Assembly: GCA_000146045.2 (NCBI GenBank)
Contig: BK006941.2
Span: 960,001 to 1,024,000, forward strand
Direction of reading: 5' to 3'
DNA: 64,000 nucleotides
Source: TPA_inf: Saccharomyces
Lineage: Eukaryota
Each line of letters opens with the position of its first letter. Position 1 is the first letter of the stretch. The position numbers and the translations under genes are program-made. The notes beneath the pieces were generated by a model, which was given only the letters and a program-made list of their open reading frames with translations, searched no databases and had not been told where the DNA came from. This document shows positions 1 through 10,770 of the stretch, piece by piece.

Positions 1-1103
1 TTACTGAACACACCGAATTACTTAATATTTTTAACAGAACTAATCAAAAGGTTGGCGCACAACCAAATGCCTTGGCCACTACTGTTTTGGCAGCGGCTAA
101 GAACATTGACGATTTGTCTGTGCTTATGGACCATGTCAAGCAAATTGGCCACAAGCATCGTGCCTTGCAAATTAAACCTGAGCATTATCCAATCGTTGGT
201 GAGTACTTGTTAAAAGCAATCAAGGAAGTTTTAGGCGATGCTGCGACTCCAGAGATAATTAATGCATGGGGCGAGGCTTACCAAGCAATTGCTGACATCT
301 TCATCACTGTTGAAAAAAAAATGTACGAAGAAGCTTTATGGCCAGGTTGGAAACCATTTGACATTACTGCCAAAGAGTACGTTGCTTCAGATATTGTTGA
401 ATTTACTGTTAAGCCAAAGTTCGGTTCTGGTATTGAATTGGAAAGCTTGCCAATCACTCCAGGTCAGTATATTACGGTAAACACTCACCCAATTAGACAG
501 GAAAACCAATACGACGCTTTAAGACACTACTCTCTTTGTTCTGCTTCAACTAAAAATGGTTTACGATTTGCAGTAAAGATGGAAGCTGCCAGAGAAAATT
601 TTCCTGCAGGATTAGTCTCTGAATATTTACACAAGGACGCTAAAGTTGGTGATGAAATTAAGCTTAGTGCTCCGGCTGGTGATTTCGCAATAAATAAAGA
701 GTTGATACACCAAAACGAAGTTCCATTGGTGTTACTATCGTCTGGTGTTGGTGTTACACCACTTTTAGCTATGTTAGAAGAACAAGTCAAATGCAACCCA
801 AATAGGCCAATTTACTGGATTCAATCTTCCTATGATGAAAAGACTCAAGCATTCAAAAAACATGTAGATGAACTATTAGCTGAATGTGCGAATGTCGACA
901 AAATAATTGTTCATACTGATACTGAACCACTGATTAATGCTGCATTCTTGAAGGAAAAGTCACCTGCGCATGCCGATGTCTACACTTGCGGCTCTTTAGC
1001 TTTTATGCAAGCTATGATTGGTCATCTAAAAGAACTAGAGCATCGTGATGATATGATTCACTATGAACCATTTGGTCCAAAGATGTCAACCGTGCAAGTT
1101 TAG
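1..1103 (+). CDS. YHB1: Flavohemoglobin / nitric oxide dioxygenase, 5'-truncated by the window edge (reading frame begins at nt 3; stop at 1101-1103)
   Basis: Translation from nt 3 reads TEHTELLNIFNRTNQKVGAQPNALATTVLAAAK..., continuous with the 343-aa ORF 72..1103. Globin C-terminal part is followed by an FAD/NAD ferredoxin-reductase-like module (GVGVTPLLAML). Recognised from memory as S. cerevisiae YHB1 (YGR234W). Confidence 0.93.
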   Translation, partial: TEHTELLNIFNRTNQKVGAQPNALATTVLAAAKNIDDLSVLMDHVKQIGHKHRALQIKPEHYPIVGEYLLKAIKEVLGDAATPEIINAWGEAYQAIADIFITVEKKMYEEALWPGWKPFDITAKEYVASDIVEFTVKPKFGSGIELESLPITPGQYITVNTHPIRQENQYDALRHYSLCSASTKNGLRFAVKMEAARENFPAGLVSEYLHKDAKVGDEIKLSAPAGDFAINKELIHQNEVPLVLLSSGVGVTPLLAMLEEQVKCNPNRPIYWIQSSYDEKTQAFKKHVDELLAECANVDKIIVHTDTEPLINAAFLKEKSPAHADVYTCGSLAFMQAMIGHLKELEHRDDMIHYEPFGPKMSTVQV

Positions 1104-1359
1104 GCGTTAAGCCTCGGAAACTTCAATTTTATTACTGATTCATTTGATAATTTCACTTGTTCGATTTCACAGTTTGAGAAGTTATATTACGAAATAAGAA
1201 AAATTTTTAAAACATGAGACCATTGCTAATCTTTTGTTGTTATACTGTGTTAGAAATCCTCGTGAAATCCTTGTGAAATCCTATGTGGAATATTTAGATA
1301 GTAAGTAAAGATTGTGTATGTATTTATAAGATGAATAAGCGCCAGGTGCTAAACAGAGT

Positions 1360-2061
1360 TCACTTCACGTTAACGCCAGTCCAATTTTTGATTGCATTCC
1401 CTGTTTTTTCTACATCTTTGTTCAACCATTTTTTGGCATCATAGTAGTATTGCACAGACGCGGTACTTAATCTCTTTGTTTCTTTCCAAACACGATCTTG
1501 TCTTTCGGTAAAGTGTGGAAAGGTGTTCATTTCTAGATTATGGATGAGACCCATGGTGTTCCTGAAGGTTGTTGGCATTGCATACGCAAAACAACAAGAC
1601 CCCAGTATAATGGGCATGGTTGCACGAAGAAGCCATGTTCTTCTTCTTGCCAAAACGGAACCTGTCATGGAAGCAACCAAAATGGACAACAACCCCGGTA
1701 TTAGGCGCTCGTTTGGATCGGTATGTAAACTAGCAATTGTTGATGTAAAGCTCTCTTCACGGGCATAATATCTGCCTGCGATATCATCTATTTTATTTGT
1801 CACCTTGTCCCATTTAGCGGAAAATTGTTTTCTTCTTTCGTTGAAAAACCTCTTCAAGTAGTCAGGATCACGTACTGAAATACCGTCTACCAGCTCATTT
1901 TCTCCAATATATTTCATAACCCTTTGCGAAAGAACACCTTGCTTGGCTTCCTTCTCATTAACAGTAGCCTCTTTGGCCTCCGAAGAAATTACTATAGCGT
2001 TTTCTGGTGGAACAATCTTCTCCTCAACGGGATCTAGCTGACGGTAAAAATCTTTTGTCAT
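1360..2061 (-). CDS. MIC26: MICOS complex subunit Mic26 (apolipoprotein-O-like), 233 aa
   Basis: Intact 233-aa ORF. Length, position next to YHB1 and sequence match recollection of YGR235C. Confidence 0.85.
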   Translation of the reverse strand: MTKDFYRQLDPVEEKIVPPENAIVISSEAKEATVNEKEAKQGVLSQRVMKYIGENELVDGISVRDPDYLKRFFNERRKQFSAKWDKVTNKIDDIAGRYYAREESFTSTIASLHTDPNERLIPGLLSILVASMTGSVLARRRTWLLRATMPIILGSCCFAYAMPTTFRNTMGLIHNLEMNTFPHFTERQDRVWKETKRLSTASVQYYYDAKKWLNKDVEKTGNAIKNWTGVNVK

Positions 2062-2529
2062 TGTTTCCGTGCTATATCAAATACAGTAGTTATTTTTGTA
2101 TATCCTTGAGCGCTATAGTCGGTTGCAAACGCAACTTCTTTTCAAGTTTAGTATTATAGGGCAGTAGCTTATTCGCCTTTCCATTAGATTAAAAATAAAA
2201 GAAGTAACGGTTACCCGCGCTTTAGTATGTAAAGGGAACTCACCAATGATTTGCAATGAATCCCCTCATCAATCATTTATGCTAGTTGAATATTTACTAA
2301 CAGTAACAATAATAGCAGTGCATTAGAGGCTTTATTGCGTCATAAAATAAATATCAGTTCAATTAATGTATAAAAGAAAATGCTTATATATGTATTGATT
2401 AATAACCTTCTCAATGATGGGAGGGGCCTTATGTAAAATCACAATCCCCTTCCCCGTTTGTCGTACTATGATTAAATGCGAAAACAAAATGCAAAGAACA
2501 TAAATGCAGGGAACCAAGTACAAATTCCC

Positions 2530-2817
2530 TTACATGATTGAAGAGAACATCAAATACGTTACTTCATCATCATCCATCATCTCTTGTAAACTCTTACCCT
2601 TCGTCATAGCTGCTCTCTGTTCTGTACCCATAACAGACGCCTTAGTTGTGTCTACGCCGTTGATGTTGTCTAAGCTATGTGCAGGAACCGTATAGCCTCT
2701 CCTCATGTATGCGGTCGGTACCACAGCAGCGCCCACCAGCCCTAACATAATATATCTAAACTTTGGAGTTCTCACAACTCTTTGTGCCTCTGAGTATATT
2801 CCTGAATCTAACTTCAT
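2530..2817 (-). CDS. SPG1: Stationary-phase protein Spg1, 95 aa, predicted membrane segment
   Basis: 95-aa ORF with a hydrophobic stretch (IMLGLVGAAVVPTAY). Position and length consistent with YGR236C. Confidence 0.75.
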   Translation of the reverse strand: MKLDSGIYSEAQRVVRTPKFRYIMLGLVGAAVVPTAYMRRGYTVPAHSLDNINGVDTTKASVMGTEQRAAMTKGKSLQEMMDDDEVTYLMFSSIM

Positions 2818-3297
2818 TTCAGTAAACTTTGTTTGAATTTTATGCGCTAAATATTTGTATTGATTGTATTTATTGATTCTGATCCTTCAGTAACACACAT
2901 TCCAAACTATCCTGGATAATGTGAAAGAGATTTGGCAGTTCAATTTATATGAAGAAGACCCTCACGTCGCGAAGCATTTTTAACAGTGTTATCCCAGTAT
3001 CCCGTAATTCTTCTCTTCATCCAATGCTGGCCATTACTCCATTTATTGGGGTGATGTAGGCTTCTTATCCCTTTTAAAGGGTACCTTATTGATCTCCCTT
3101 TTCGGTGCGGCTGATGAAATCTATAGAGCAAACCGAAGTAAAACAAAATTACGAAAAGAAATATAACATTATATCTTTATCAAAATGTATGTATGGAGGA
3201 GTAACAGCTGAAAACCCCCGTTGTGAGTGGTTTATGATTGTTTTCACGCTTATTTTGTCTTCTATATCTTTGCTGATTTTACTTGTATTAATCCGGT

Positions 3298-5655
3298 TCA
3301 TCCGAAAACTTTTTTGAAGATCGAGCCAAATTTACTTTTTTTCTTCTTTTCAGACCTTTTAAATTGATGGTCGTTTGTTGAGGATGAGGAACTGTCCTTT
3401 TTGCTGTTGCCTGATTTGGTGCTTTCGGTAGTTTTCGTCCTTGAAACGTGGTTGTGGTGATGGTGGTGGTGATGCGCTTTTCTCTGTCCTGAAGAAGATG
3501 AAGTGGAGGATGTTCTGGGTGATAGCCCTGCGGATTTTGTTTTTCTCATTGGATGTGAAGTGAACTTCATTTTCGGATCCTCATTGTCCCATTTTAGTGC
3601 TGTCTTGATATGAGGCGTAGAGGCAGTTTCGTGGTTGTAAATGTCATCAACCATGGACTTTACTTTATAAATGCCGTTATTGTTGAATTGTATTCTTGAA
3701 CTCCGCTTTGAGCTGCGCCTCGAATTTCTCGATTCTATAGGAGTTAGCTTTCGGCCAGAACTGTCGTACTTCATAAGAGTGTTATCATCCAATAGTACTT
3801 GTCTCGACGGTTTTGGTCTAACATATCCCATCTTATCGAAGAATTCCATTTCTTCCTTTTTTTCAGGTGAGATTGGGAAGTACTCATTTACAGAGGTTAC
3901 TGACTCATCACTATCGCTTTCTTCATCATCCGAATCAACCACTTTATGTTTTGTGAAAGGGTTTTCCAAAGTTCTCCTGATTAATGCACTTAGCCATTGC
4001 AATCGTTCCTTTTTTCTCACTTCCGTTTTCAAATCATCGCTGTTGTCCTGTTCATCTTTATCCACTCTAGGTTTTATTAAAAGCTCAGGCTTGATGAATT
4101 CGAATGGGACAACAAATGCTGGCATTGCAAAGTGTTTCATTAAAAAAAATGGTAGTTTCACTTTTCCATTTCTAAACTTGATTTGAATGTTGGCACTAAC
4201 GGTGCTGATTACTTGCAAACTTGGCCTATACAGAGAGGTCGCAGATATTATGGCTGATCTTGTTGAATTTTCTTTTACCATCTCAATACTAATCCTAACT
4301 ATTTTAGTTGCCAATCTTCTCGCGTAGTAATTTAAAATATCGCTACAAGTTTGCTTAGCCTCATTATGAATAGCTTCTATTCTTATTCCCGTTGATAAAG
4401 GACTAGAGAGATCCGGGCCTATAAGGCTATGTGACGCGGTAGTCATGCTTTCACTAGTATTGCTAGTCATCCTTTCTAAGCGGTGCCTTCTTTTCTCCTT
4501 ATATGCTAGAGTATCAATCTTTGCTTCAAACTCAGGAATTGTAGTAATTATGACTAAATGATCACCATTTCTTGTCAAATTTTCAACATACCAGTCCACA
4601 GATGACCAAGTATATCTCCTACCTGATATATAACACGAAACAACTCTTAAATCTACATCGTCATCTTTGTCTTTGCAATTGAGCTTTTCTTTTGTATTGG
4701 AAATATAATTTTCATAGTCTGGATGATCAATTGTCATTGAAATTGCATTGTGAACAATTGTAGGCCTTGATGGATAAATTGCTGCTAAAGGGTCCGTCAC
4801 GTTGCTTGAATCCGTTTTTGACTCTGTTGTGTTCAAATAGACTGGAACTTGCTCACCAAAATCAAATTGATCTATTTTAGTCTTGTTCGATCTTCCTTTA
4901 CTTATATAAAATTCCTCTAATTTGGCTAATTCTTCGTCTGTCATCCCGGCAAACGACTTGGACCTTTTCTTTGAGCTCTCCATATTTTCGCTTTCGGATA
5001 AATCTACCATTGACTTGGTCTCAATTCTATCTTCAACTTCATTAAGATTGGCAAATGCAGCTTGCGTATAGCCTTTCCTTGATCCAGAATTTTTTTGAGT
5101 GTTTCTTTCGGTCATTTTGGTCATTTTTCTTTCCAGCTCAAAATCCAAATCACCAATATCAATATCATCAATAGGGCCCTGTTCATCAGCAGCTTTTCGA
5201 GATTTTTTTAGCACGGATACTTTTGGAGGGGGAGGCAACCTCACTGAAGTCCTTCTTCTTGACCTGAACATTGGAGACTCACTTCTACTTCTTTCAACGC
5301 TGGGCGATCTCAAATAGCTTTTGGAGGGATCATGTGCTGCAGGAGAAAATACCTGAGTATAGAAGTGAGGAACTCCAGATGTTGTAGACGTTGGAGTTCC
5401 TAGTTGTAGTGGCGAAGAAGCTTCTTCGTCTTCGGGTGAGTCCAAGCTTTCGTCAGTGGCAAGGTCATTAGAGCCATGGCTACCGGTCAAAGTATTTTTG
5501 TAAACAGGATTAAATTGTGGAGGTATATGTAAAAAATGATTATTCAAGCCAACATGGTGACTGTCATTTTTAATAATGGTAGCTTGGTCATCAATTAAGG
5601 AAGGTGCCAGATCATCAAACGAGATATGCTTAGTAAATGTCTTTGCAGATGACAT
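3298..5655 (-). CDS. Uncharacterised Ser-rich protein (YGR237C-like), 785 aa, with a His7 tract near the C-terminus
   Basis: Intact 785-aa ORF. Low-complexity Ser/Lys-rich termini and KAHHHHHHHNH. Matches the length I recall for YGR237C. Confidence 0.85.
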   Translation of the reverse strand: MSSAKTFTKHISFDDLAPSLIDDQATIIKNDSHHVGLNNHFLHIPPQFNPVYKNTLTGSHGSNDLATDESLDSPEDEEASSPLQLGTPTSTTSGVPHFYTQVFSPAAHDPSKSYLRSPSVERSRSESPMFRSRRRTSVRLPPPPKVSVLKKSRKAADEQGPIDDIDIGDLDFELERKMTKMTERNTQKNSGSRKGYTQAAFANLNEVEDRIETKSMVDLSESENMESSKKRSKSFAGMTDEELAKLEEFYISKGRSNKTKIDQFDFGEQVPVYLNTTESKTDSSNVTDPLAAIYPSRPTIVHNAISMTIDHPDYENYISNTKEKLNCKDKDDDVDLRVVSCYISGRRYTWSSVDWYVENLTRNGDHLVIITTIPEFEAKIDTLAYKEKRRHRLERMTSNTSESMTTASHSLIGPDLSSPLSTGIRIEAIHNEAKQTCSDILNYYARRLATKIVRISIEMVKENSTRSAIISATSLYRPSLQVISTVSANIQIKFRNGKVKLPFFLMKHFAMPAFVVPFEFIKPELLIKPRVDKDEQDNSDDLKTEVRKKERLQWLSALIRRTLENPFTKHKVVDSDDEESDSDESVTSVNEYFPISPEKKEEMEFFDKMGYVRPKPSRQVLLDDNTLMKYDSSGRKLTPIESRNSRRSSKRSSRIQFNNNGIYKVKSMVDDIYNHETASTPHIKTALKWDNEDPKMKFTSHPMRKTKSAGLSPRTSSTSSSSGQRKAHHHHHHHNHVSRTKTTESTKSGNSKKDSSSSSTNDHQFKRSEKKKKSKFGSIFKKVFG

Positions 5656-6038
5656 CTTCTATTATTTTTATTAGATATTAGCAGTTTGCCAGGGATTACA
5701 GCTTCTCCCTTATGTACAGTGCGACAATATTCTTTTTTTCAATGTGTCTTTTTATTCATTCTTCTGAACAGTTTCGCTTCGTTAAGGGTCCTTCTGGCTT
5801 TCTAGAGGCATGCTCACCTAAAATCCCCCTAGAAAAGCGGGCTCTTTACCCGGCGAATAATAATAACCGCGGCTACTAATTTTGCACCATTGAATATTAA
5901 CCTCAAAAGGCTTAGTTGGCAATTATATTCTCCTTCTATTAATACTTAATGTTTACAATGTCCTTATAGGTGTTTAAATATATTTTTATATACTTTGTAC
6001 ATATTGACTTCCCAGTGCGTAACAACGTCTTCCAATGA

Positions 6039-8687
6039 CTATTTTTTTTGTTCGAGAGTATATAGTTTTTTTTTTAAAGCTAGCAGTTCGTCCTTGAGGG
6101 AATCTCTATTTTCTTTCGACATATACAGTTCCGCTTTCAGATTGTTGATTTTCATTCTGTGGAACGCATCAAAATTTCCATGAGTGATGGCGCCACGCTG
6201 TTCCTGCTTGTCATCCTGTTCAGCTTGTTCAGTTTTAATTCTATCAATCTCCTTCTGTAAATCGTCGTTGTTTTTACGATATTTTTCGAGCTCGGATTGT
6301 GATAGGTGAATAGCCTTCTTTGTTAGGTCCATAGACTTCGAGCTTCCATCAGAGAGTTTTCTTAGCGCATCCAACTTGTTGTTATTGTCGAGTAAATTAG
6401 CCCGCAAAGAATCTCTTTCATCATTAAGCTTCTGAGTTTCAAGGTGCAATTTCTCTTTAGCACGCACGGTTTCGTGCATTTCATTTATTACTTTTTCTAT
6501 TTTGTTCAGCGAATCTTTCTCATATATTTGATTATCTTTCTCACTTGAAGGTGGCCGTGCACTGGTAGGATAGCTTTTTAATAATTTACCCAGATAGCAG
6601 GACGATTCGTTCAAATAGGTATGAAGTTCGGGGGTTATTTTTTGCATATTATTTACAAGTATTTCGTTCTGGCGCTTCAAAACATCACATTTATTCTCAA
6701 GATCGATGATATCCCTTTTAATAGTGACATGTTCGGAGCATGTTTTAAGTCCATTATTTTGAATCGTAATTTGGTCACAGAGTTTACTTGCCTGAGATAA
6801 TTTGACCATCAATAAATTTTTTAAATCATTAATTCTAGATTCTAAAAAGGTTTTCTGAATTTCTAGATTTTTAAGCCGTGCTGTTTGAAAATTTGAATCT
6901 TTTGAAGCTTCTTTTATTACCATGAGTCTCTGGACTTCCTTTTCTAATTGTGAAATATGTCTAGCAGTTTCAAGTTCCTTTTGTTGAGCTTCGAGACGTA
7001 ATGTTTGTAGGTTCAGGTTTAAATCATCAAAAAGATTTTTGGGAATTCCTTTTTGACATGATGTGTCCTTATATGAAGAAGAGCCATACTCTTCTGAATC
7101 CACTGTTAGTCCTCGTAGAACAGGGAAATTTTTTTTAGATACTTTGATACCAGTTCCCGGACTTTCCTTATTGATGCTTGAATCAACTTTGGAAGATTGG
7201 GGTTTCTTTTCCTCCCTATCTGATTTTCGTTCAAATGCCTTATCATCCAAAGCGCTGGAGTAACTTCCAGCCCCTTCATCAATATCATTATAACTCAAAA
7301 CTTTGCTATCAGGCAATCTTGGTGTAAGAATGTTTATTATCTCTTGATTTTCACTTTCGGTAGACTTAGAGGGTGTAAAGCCCCCGGAAAGACTATTAGA
7401 AAAACTTTCTCCTGCATGTAGTGATTCACACATTATTCCTGGGCATAGCTCATTCAAAGATGATAAATCTAAGGTATACAGTAAAGTTCCTTCGCCTTGG
7501 TCAGTTTCTGAAGTTTGTAGATCGTGAATATTTGGGCTGGCATAGTCAGTTTTGTCGCCACCCATGATAAGAAGCTTCTCATTCTTCATTAAGGTTAAAG
7601 AATGTCCAGAGCGTTCTTGAGGTATGCCCTCCTTCATACGGGGAAGCTTATACCATTTTAGCGATAATAAGTTTAAAAAATAGACATCGTTGGAATATGC
7701 GTTATGGGTATCCTTACCGCCTAACACACACATTAAATGTTTATACACCACACTAGCATGCTCTTGTATTGGCGGAGGCTTTTCTCCTGTGGTTTTAACT
7801 TTAGACCACTCACTTTGTGCTGGATCGTAGCGGTATGTATCATTGCTTATTGTCTTGGGAGTTTCCCCGCCGAATACCCATAATTTGTTGTCATATGCCA
7901 CCATTGTATGATTTGTTAAAGGAGGAGGCAGGTCGCCGACAGGCTCTAAAAATTCCCAATGAGAATTCGGCCTACGGAATGATGATAAATCAAAGACGAC
8001 CAGATCGTTAAAATAAGTTTCATCTACTTGTCCGCCAAAAAGATATAGTTTAGTTTGCATAGGGTTGCTAGCAATTATAGAAATTTTATGGCCGTACCTG
8101 CCCAACGGCCTACGGCCGATAGGTTGTGGTATGGTCCACTTATAAGAATTAATATTGAAAAGATAAAGATCATCATCCAACAGTCCGTTCTTATTCAGCT
8201 TGTGTGTGTCGCCACCAAACACAACATAGGCATTACCGCATATAGTAGAGGCATGTCCCACTCTTGGGGGAGGTGTATTTTGATCAATATCGATTCTCTT
8301 GGAAGTAAAGCTCGTACCATCCGCGTTAGCGGCTATTTGCCAGACATCCCCATATACCGATTGATCGTGAAGTCCACCGGTCACAAAAATCCTGTTATCA
8401 TTCGTAACAATAAATGAGGAAGAGTGTCGATAACGGGGAAACGGAGAGTTTTTTAGTTTGACCCTATTCCAAATATACTTCCCTGTATTCTTACTCTCTG
8501 GAGACCAGGGAAGAGCAGTCGACGCGCCTGATATGCCTCTATGCTGGTTTGGAGGTAGCGTAGGTGTTACTATTCGCGTATTGTTTCGATTATCCATAAA
8601 AACTATTGGTCTGGGTACACTTTGCGCTGAAATCAGAGAAGGTCCCGTGTCCGTAGGTACCTTATTTGTCAGCTTGAAAGGTACCAT
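6039..8687 (-). CDS. KEL2: Kelch-repeat protein Kel2, 882 aa (N-terminal kelch beta-propeller, C-terminal coiled coil)
   Basis: Repeated kelch-like units in the N-terminal half (…YVVFGGDTH…, …LYLFGGQVDETYFNDLVVFD…, …LWVFGGETP…). Long heptad-like C-terminus (LEIQKTFLESRINDLKNLL). 882 aa equals the KEL2 length. Confidence 0.92.
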   Translation of the reverse strand: MVPFKLTNKVPTDTGPSLISAQSVPRPIVFMDNRNNTRIVTPTLPPNQHRGISGASTALPWSPESKNTGKYIWNRVKLKNSPFPRYRHSSSFIVTNDNRIFVTGGLHDQSVYGDVWQIAANADGTSFTSKRIDIDQNTPPPRVGHASTICGNAYVVFGGDTHKLNKNGLLDDDLYLFNINSYKWTIPQPIGRRPLGRYGHKISIIASNPMQTKLYLFGGQVDETYFNDLVVFDLSSFRRPNSHWEFLEPVGDLPPPLTNHTMVAYDNKLWVFGGETPKTISNDTYRYDPAQSEWSKVKTTGEKPPPIQEHASVVYKHLMCVLGGKDTHNAYSNDVYFLNLLSLKWYKLPRMKEGIPQERSGHSLTLMKNEKLLIMGGDKTDYASPNIHDLQTSETDQGEGTLLYTLDLSSLNELCPGIMCESLHAGESFSNSLSGGFTPSKSTESENQEIINILTPRLPDSKVLSYNDIDEGAGSYSSALDDKAFERKSDREEKKPQSSKVDSSINKESPGTGIKVSKKNFPVLRGLTVDSEEYGSSSYKDTSCQKGIPKNLFDDLNLNLQTLRLEAQQKELETARHISQLEKEVQRLMVIKEASKDSNFQTARLKNLEIQKTFLESRINDLKNLLMVKLSQASKLCDQITIQNNGLKTCSEHVTIKRDIIDLENKCDVLKRQNEILVNNMQKITPELHTYLNESSCYLGKLLKSYPTSARPPSSEKDNQIYEKDSLNKIEKVINEMHETVRAKEKLHLETQKLNDERDSLRANLLDNNNKLDALRKLSDGSSKSMDLTKKAIHLSQSELEKYRKNNDDLQKEIDRIKTEQAEQDDKQEQRGAITHGNFDAFHRMKINNLKAELYMSKENRDSLKDELLALKKKLYTLEQKK

Positions 8688-9186
8688 AGCTACTTAAGGG
8701 GTTGCCTGCCTCATCCAAATCATTTTTTTTTTTTGTTACAACCTATGCTAAAATTCACGTGTACGCATTTCAAAATTGAAAAAAAAAAGAGCAAGCAACA
8801 CCAAAACCAAACTTCATAATAAATTAGTATCCCAAAAGACCCTTTCACAAGGTAATTACTTCCTTCGAGACTAATTCGGGTTTTGCGAAGCTTTTTTTTT
8901 TTTCTTCACAGTTTCTCCCAAGAGAAGAAAAAATTCACAAGCGTGTCATTTCGTGCAGCTTACATCAGCACAATCCATGCACAAAAAAGGTGTAGTAAGT
9001 TTTAAACGAGAGAGATGGGCATGACAGTAGGTAGGGCATGCATCTGCAGGAGTGAAGCTGCGATACTCCTCAGCGCAGAGAACACATAAGGGCACATATT
9101 CATGATTTTGATATTCTTAGCTATCTGTAAACATATATCAACGTATGTAGTAGTTACAAGAGGTACAATTGTAGAAACTGCCTATA

Positions 9187-10053
9187 TCAATCAAGTATGT
9201 CTTTGTGAATTTCGTCCTTGACGAAAATGTGCCTGTTTCCGACCAGTTCCCCGTTGTTGGATGAGAATAACTCGCTTGCGGAATTTCCATCTGCATTTTT
9301 CTTTAAAGTCACGTCACCGCTACTAATGTTTCTCATTAACTGAATAAACTTCGACTCAGATAGTTTTGATTCGACAGAGGAGGAAAGAGTAGAAGAGGAG
9401 GATGCAGACGAAGGCGGTGGAGTACAGCATTTTACTATATCTGTGGCAATCCTTTGCAGTTCCGACTGATCTTGGTCGAACCATTTCTCGTCCCGACGTG
9501 TTATGGGCTCGTACCGCTCTTTTTGAATTTCTCTCTCCAAAACTTGGAACTCCGCGTCGAATTGAAACGCATCCGTTGGGTTGTCCCGGTTTCCTTGGCG
9601 TTGCTGTCGAAGCGTCTTTTGAGGTGGGTAAGTGCAACTTGTCTTCCTTATCATACAATTCTTAAAAGGTAAGTGTTGTCTGCTTGAATTCAGGCGCTGC
9701 TGTGACTCGTAATTGGAATACAACCTTTTATATTCTGAGCTAAACTCTAGTGAATCGTCAATCTTCATAGACGAGAACTGCGGAACCCAATCACTGGAAT
9801 CTACAGTGTTGTTTGGAGTAATGAAGGTTAATGGAGAGGGTTGATTTTGATACCTTACATTGTCAATGCCGTCAAAATTACTACCATTATGCAAAAAGTG
9901 TTTTTCCACATGCGAGTCTTCAGTGGCATAGTGTGCTGTTAATTCCGTATGGGCCAGCTTGGTGCGTTTTGACGGTATTAAGGAATCATTCTGTATGCGA
10001 TGCCCTTGTTGGATAATCTTTTCTATCGGGCTTGTATGGCAGACACTGGGCAT
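9187..10053 (-). CDS. PEX21: Peroxin Pex21 (Pex7 co-receptor for PTS2 import), 288 aa
   Basis: 288-aa ORF. Position between KEL2 and PFK1 and length match YGR239C. Confidence 0.82.
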   Translation of the reverse strand: MPSVCHTSPIEKIIQQGHRIQNDSLIPSKRTKLAHTELTAHYATEDSHVEKHFLHNGSNFDGIDNVRYQNQPSPLTFITPNNTVDSSDWVPQFSSMKIDDSLEFSSEYKRLYSNYESQQRLNSSRQHLPFKNCMIRKTSCTYPPQKTLRQQRQGNRDNPTDAFQFDAEFQVLEREIQKERYEPITRRDEKWFDQDQSELQRIATDIVKCCTPPPSSASSSSTLSSSVESKLSESKFIQLMRNISSGDVTLKKNADGNSASELFSSNNGELVGNRHIFVKDEIHKDILD

Positions 10054-10770
10054 GGTATTCTAGTTTGGTCTTTATAATTTTTCACCTGTTTCTTTTTGAA
10101 ACAAAACCAAAGTATGCGGCGTCAACCTTGACTATATTCTCTTAAATATATATCTGCCGTTCTATCAGAGGTTTGAACATTGCCAATGCCTTAAAGAAAT
10201 ATTTAGTCATCCCATCTCCGATTATCGGCACTAGTTTCCATTTTTCCAGCGGAAAGATAAAAAGAAACGGAAAGAAAAAAGGCCGACAAATAAACCAAAC
10301 GGTATTCGTAGACCGATGACAATACGACTACAATTAAGGTAGCGCGCCTCACTATGATGTGGATCAGCCTCACATTCAGAGCAATTTGTAGTACAGCAAA
10401 GTTGCCGATGTCGTCTTCGTGAACCATTGTCAACGCAGATTAAGCACACCCTAAAACTTGAATAATGCAAATTCCATAGCTTAGTTTAATCAAGGCGCCA
10501 TTATTCCTCAGTTGAAAAGTATATCTAATGGTTAGGATTAGAAATATGTTCATTGCTCATTGTTATGTGTATCATATCGTACAAAAATTATATAAAGAAA
10601 TAATAATGAAAAAGAGTAAAACAAAGACAAATAGACAAAAATAGAGGATAGAAAAAGAAAAACAACAGATACATAAATAAGTCTTATGACAAAAAAACGA
10701 TTGTATAAAAATTAAAGTGCATGCCATTTTTACCTCCTTTTGCTTAACTTAAACTTTTCATTGCAATCAT

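Noticed and set aside
2226-2320. Intron-like arrangement on the + strand: GTATGT at 2226-2231, TACTAAC at 2294-2300, then AG dinucleotides about 15-25 nt later
   Set aside because: No upstream ATG or exon-1-like ORF precedes it and no downstream ORF continues in frame. It sits in the MIC26/SPG1 spacer. A chance co-occurrence of a 6-mer and 7-mer in order is expected a few times in 128 kb of two-strand sequence.
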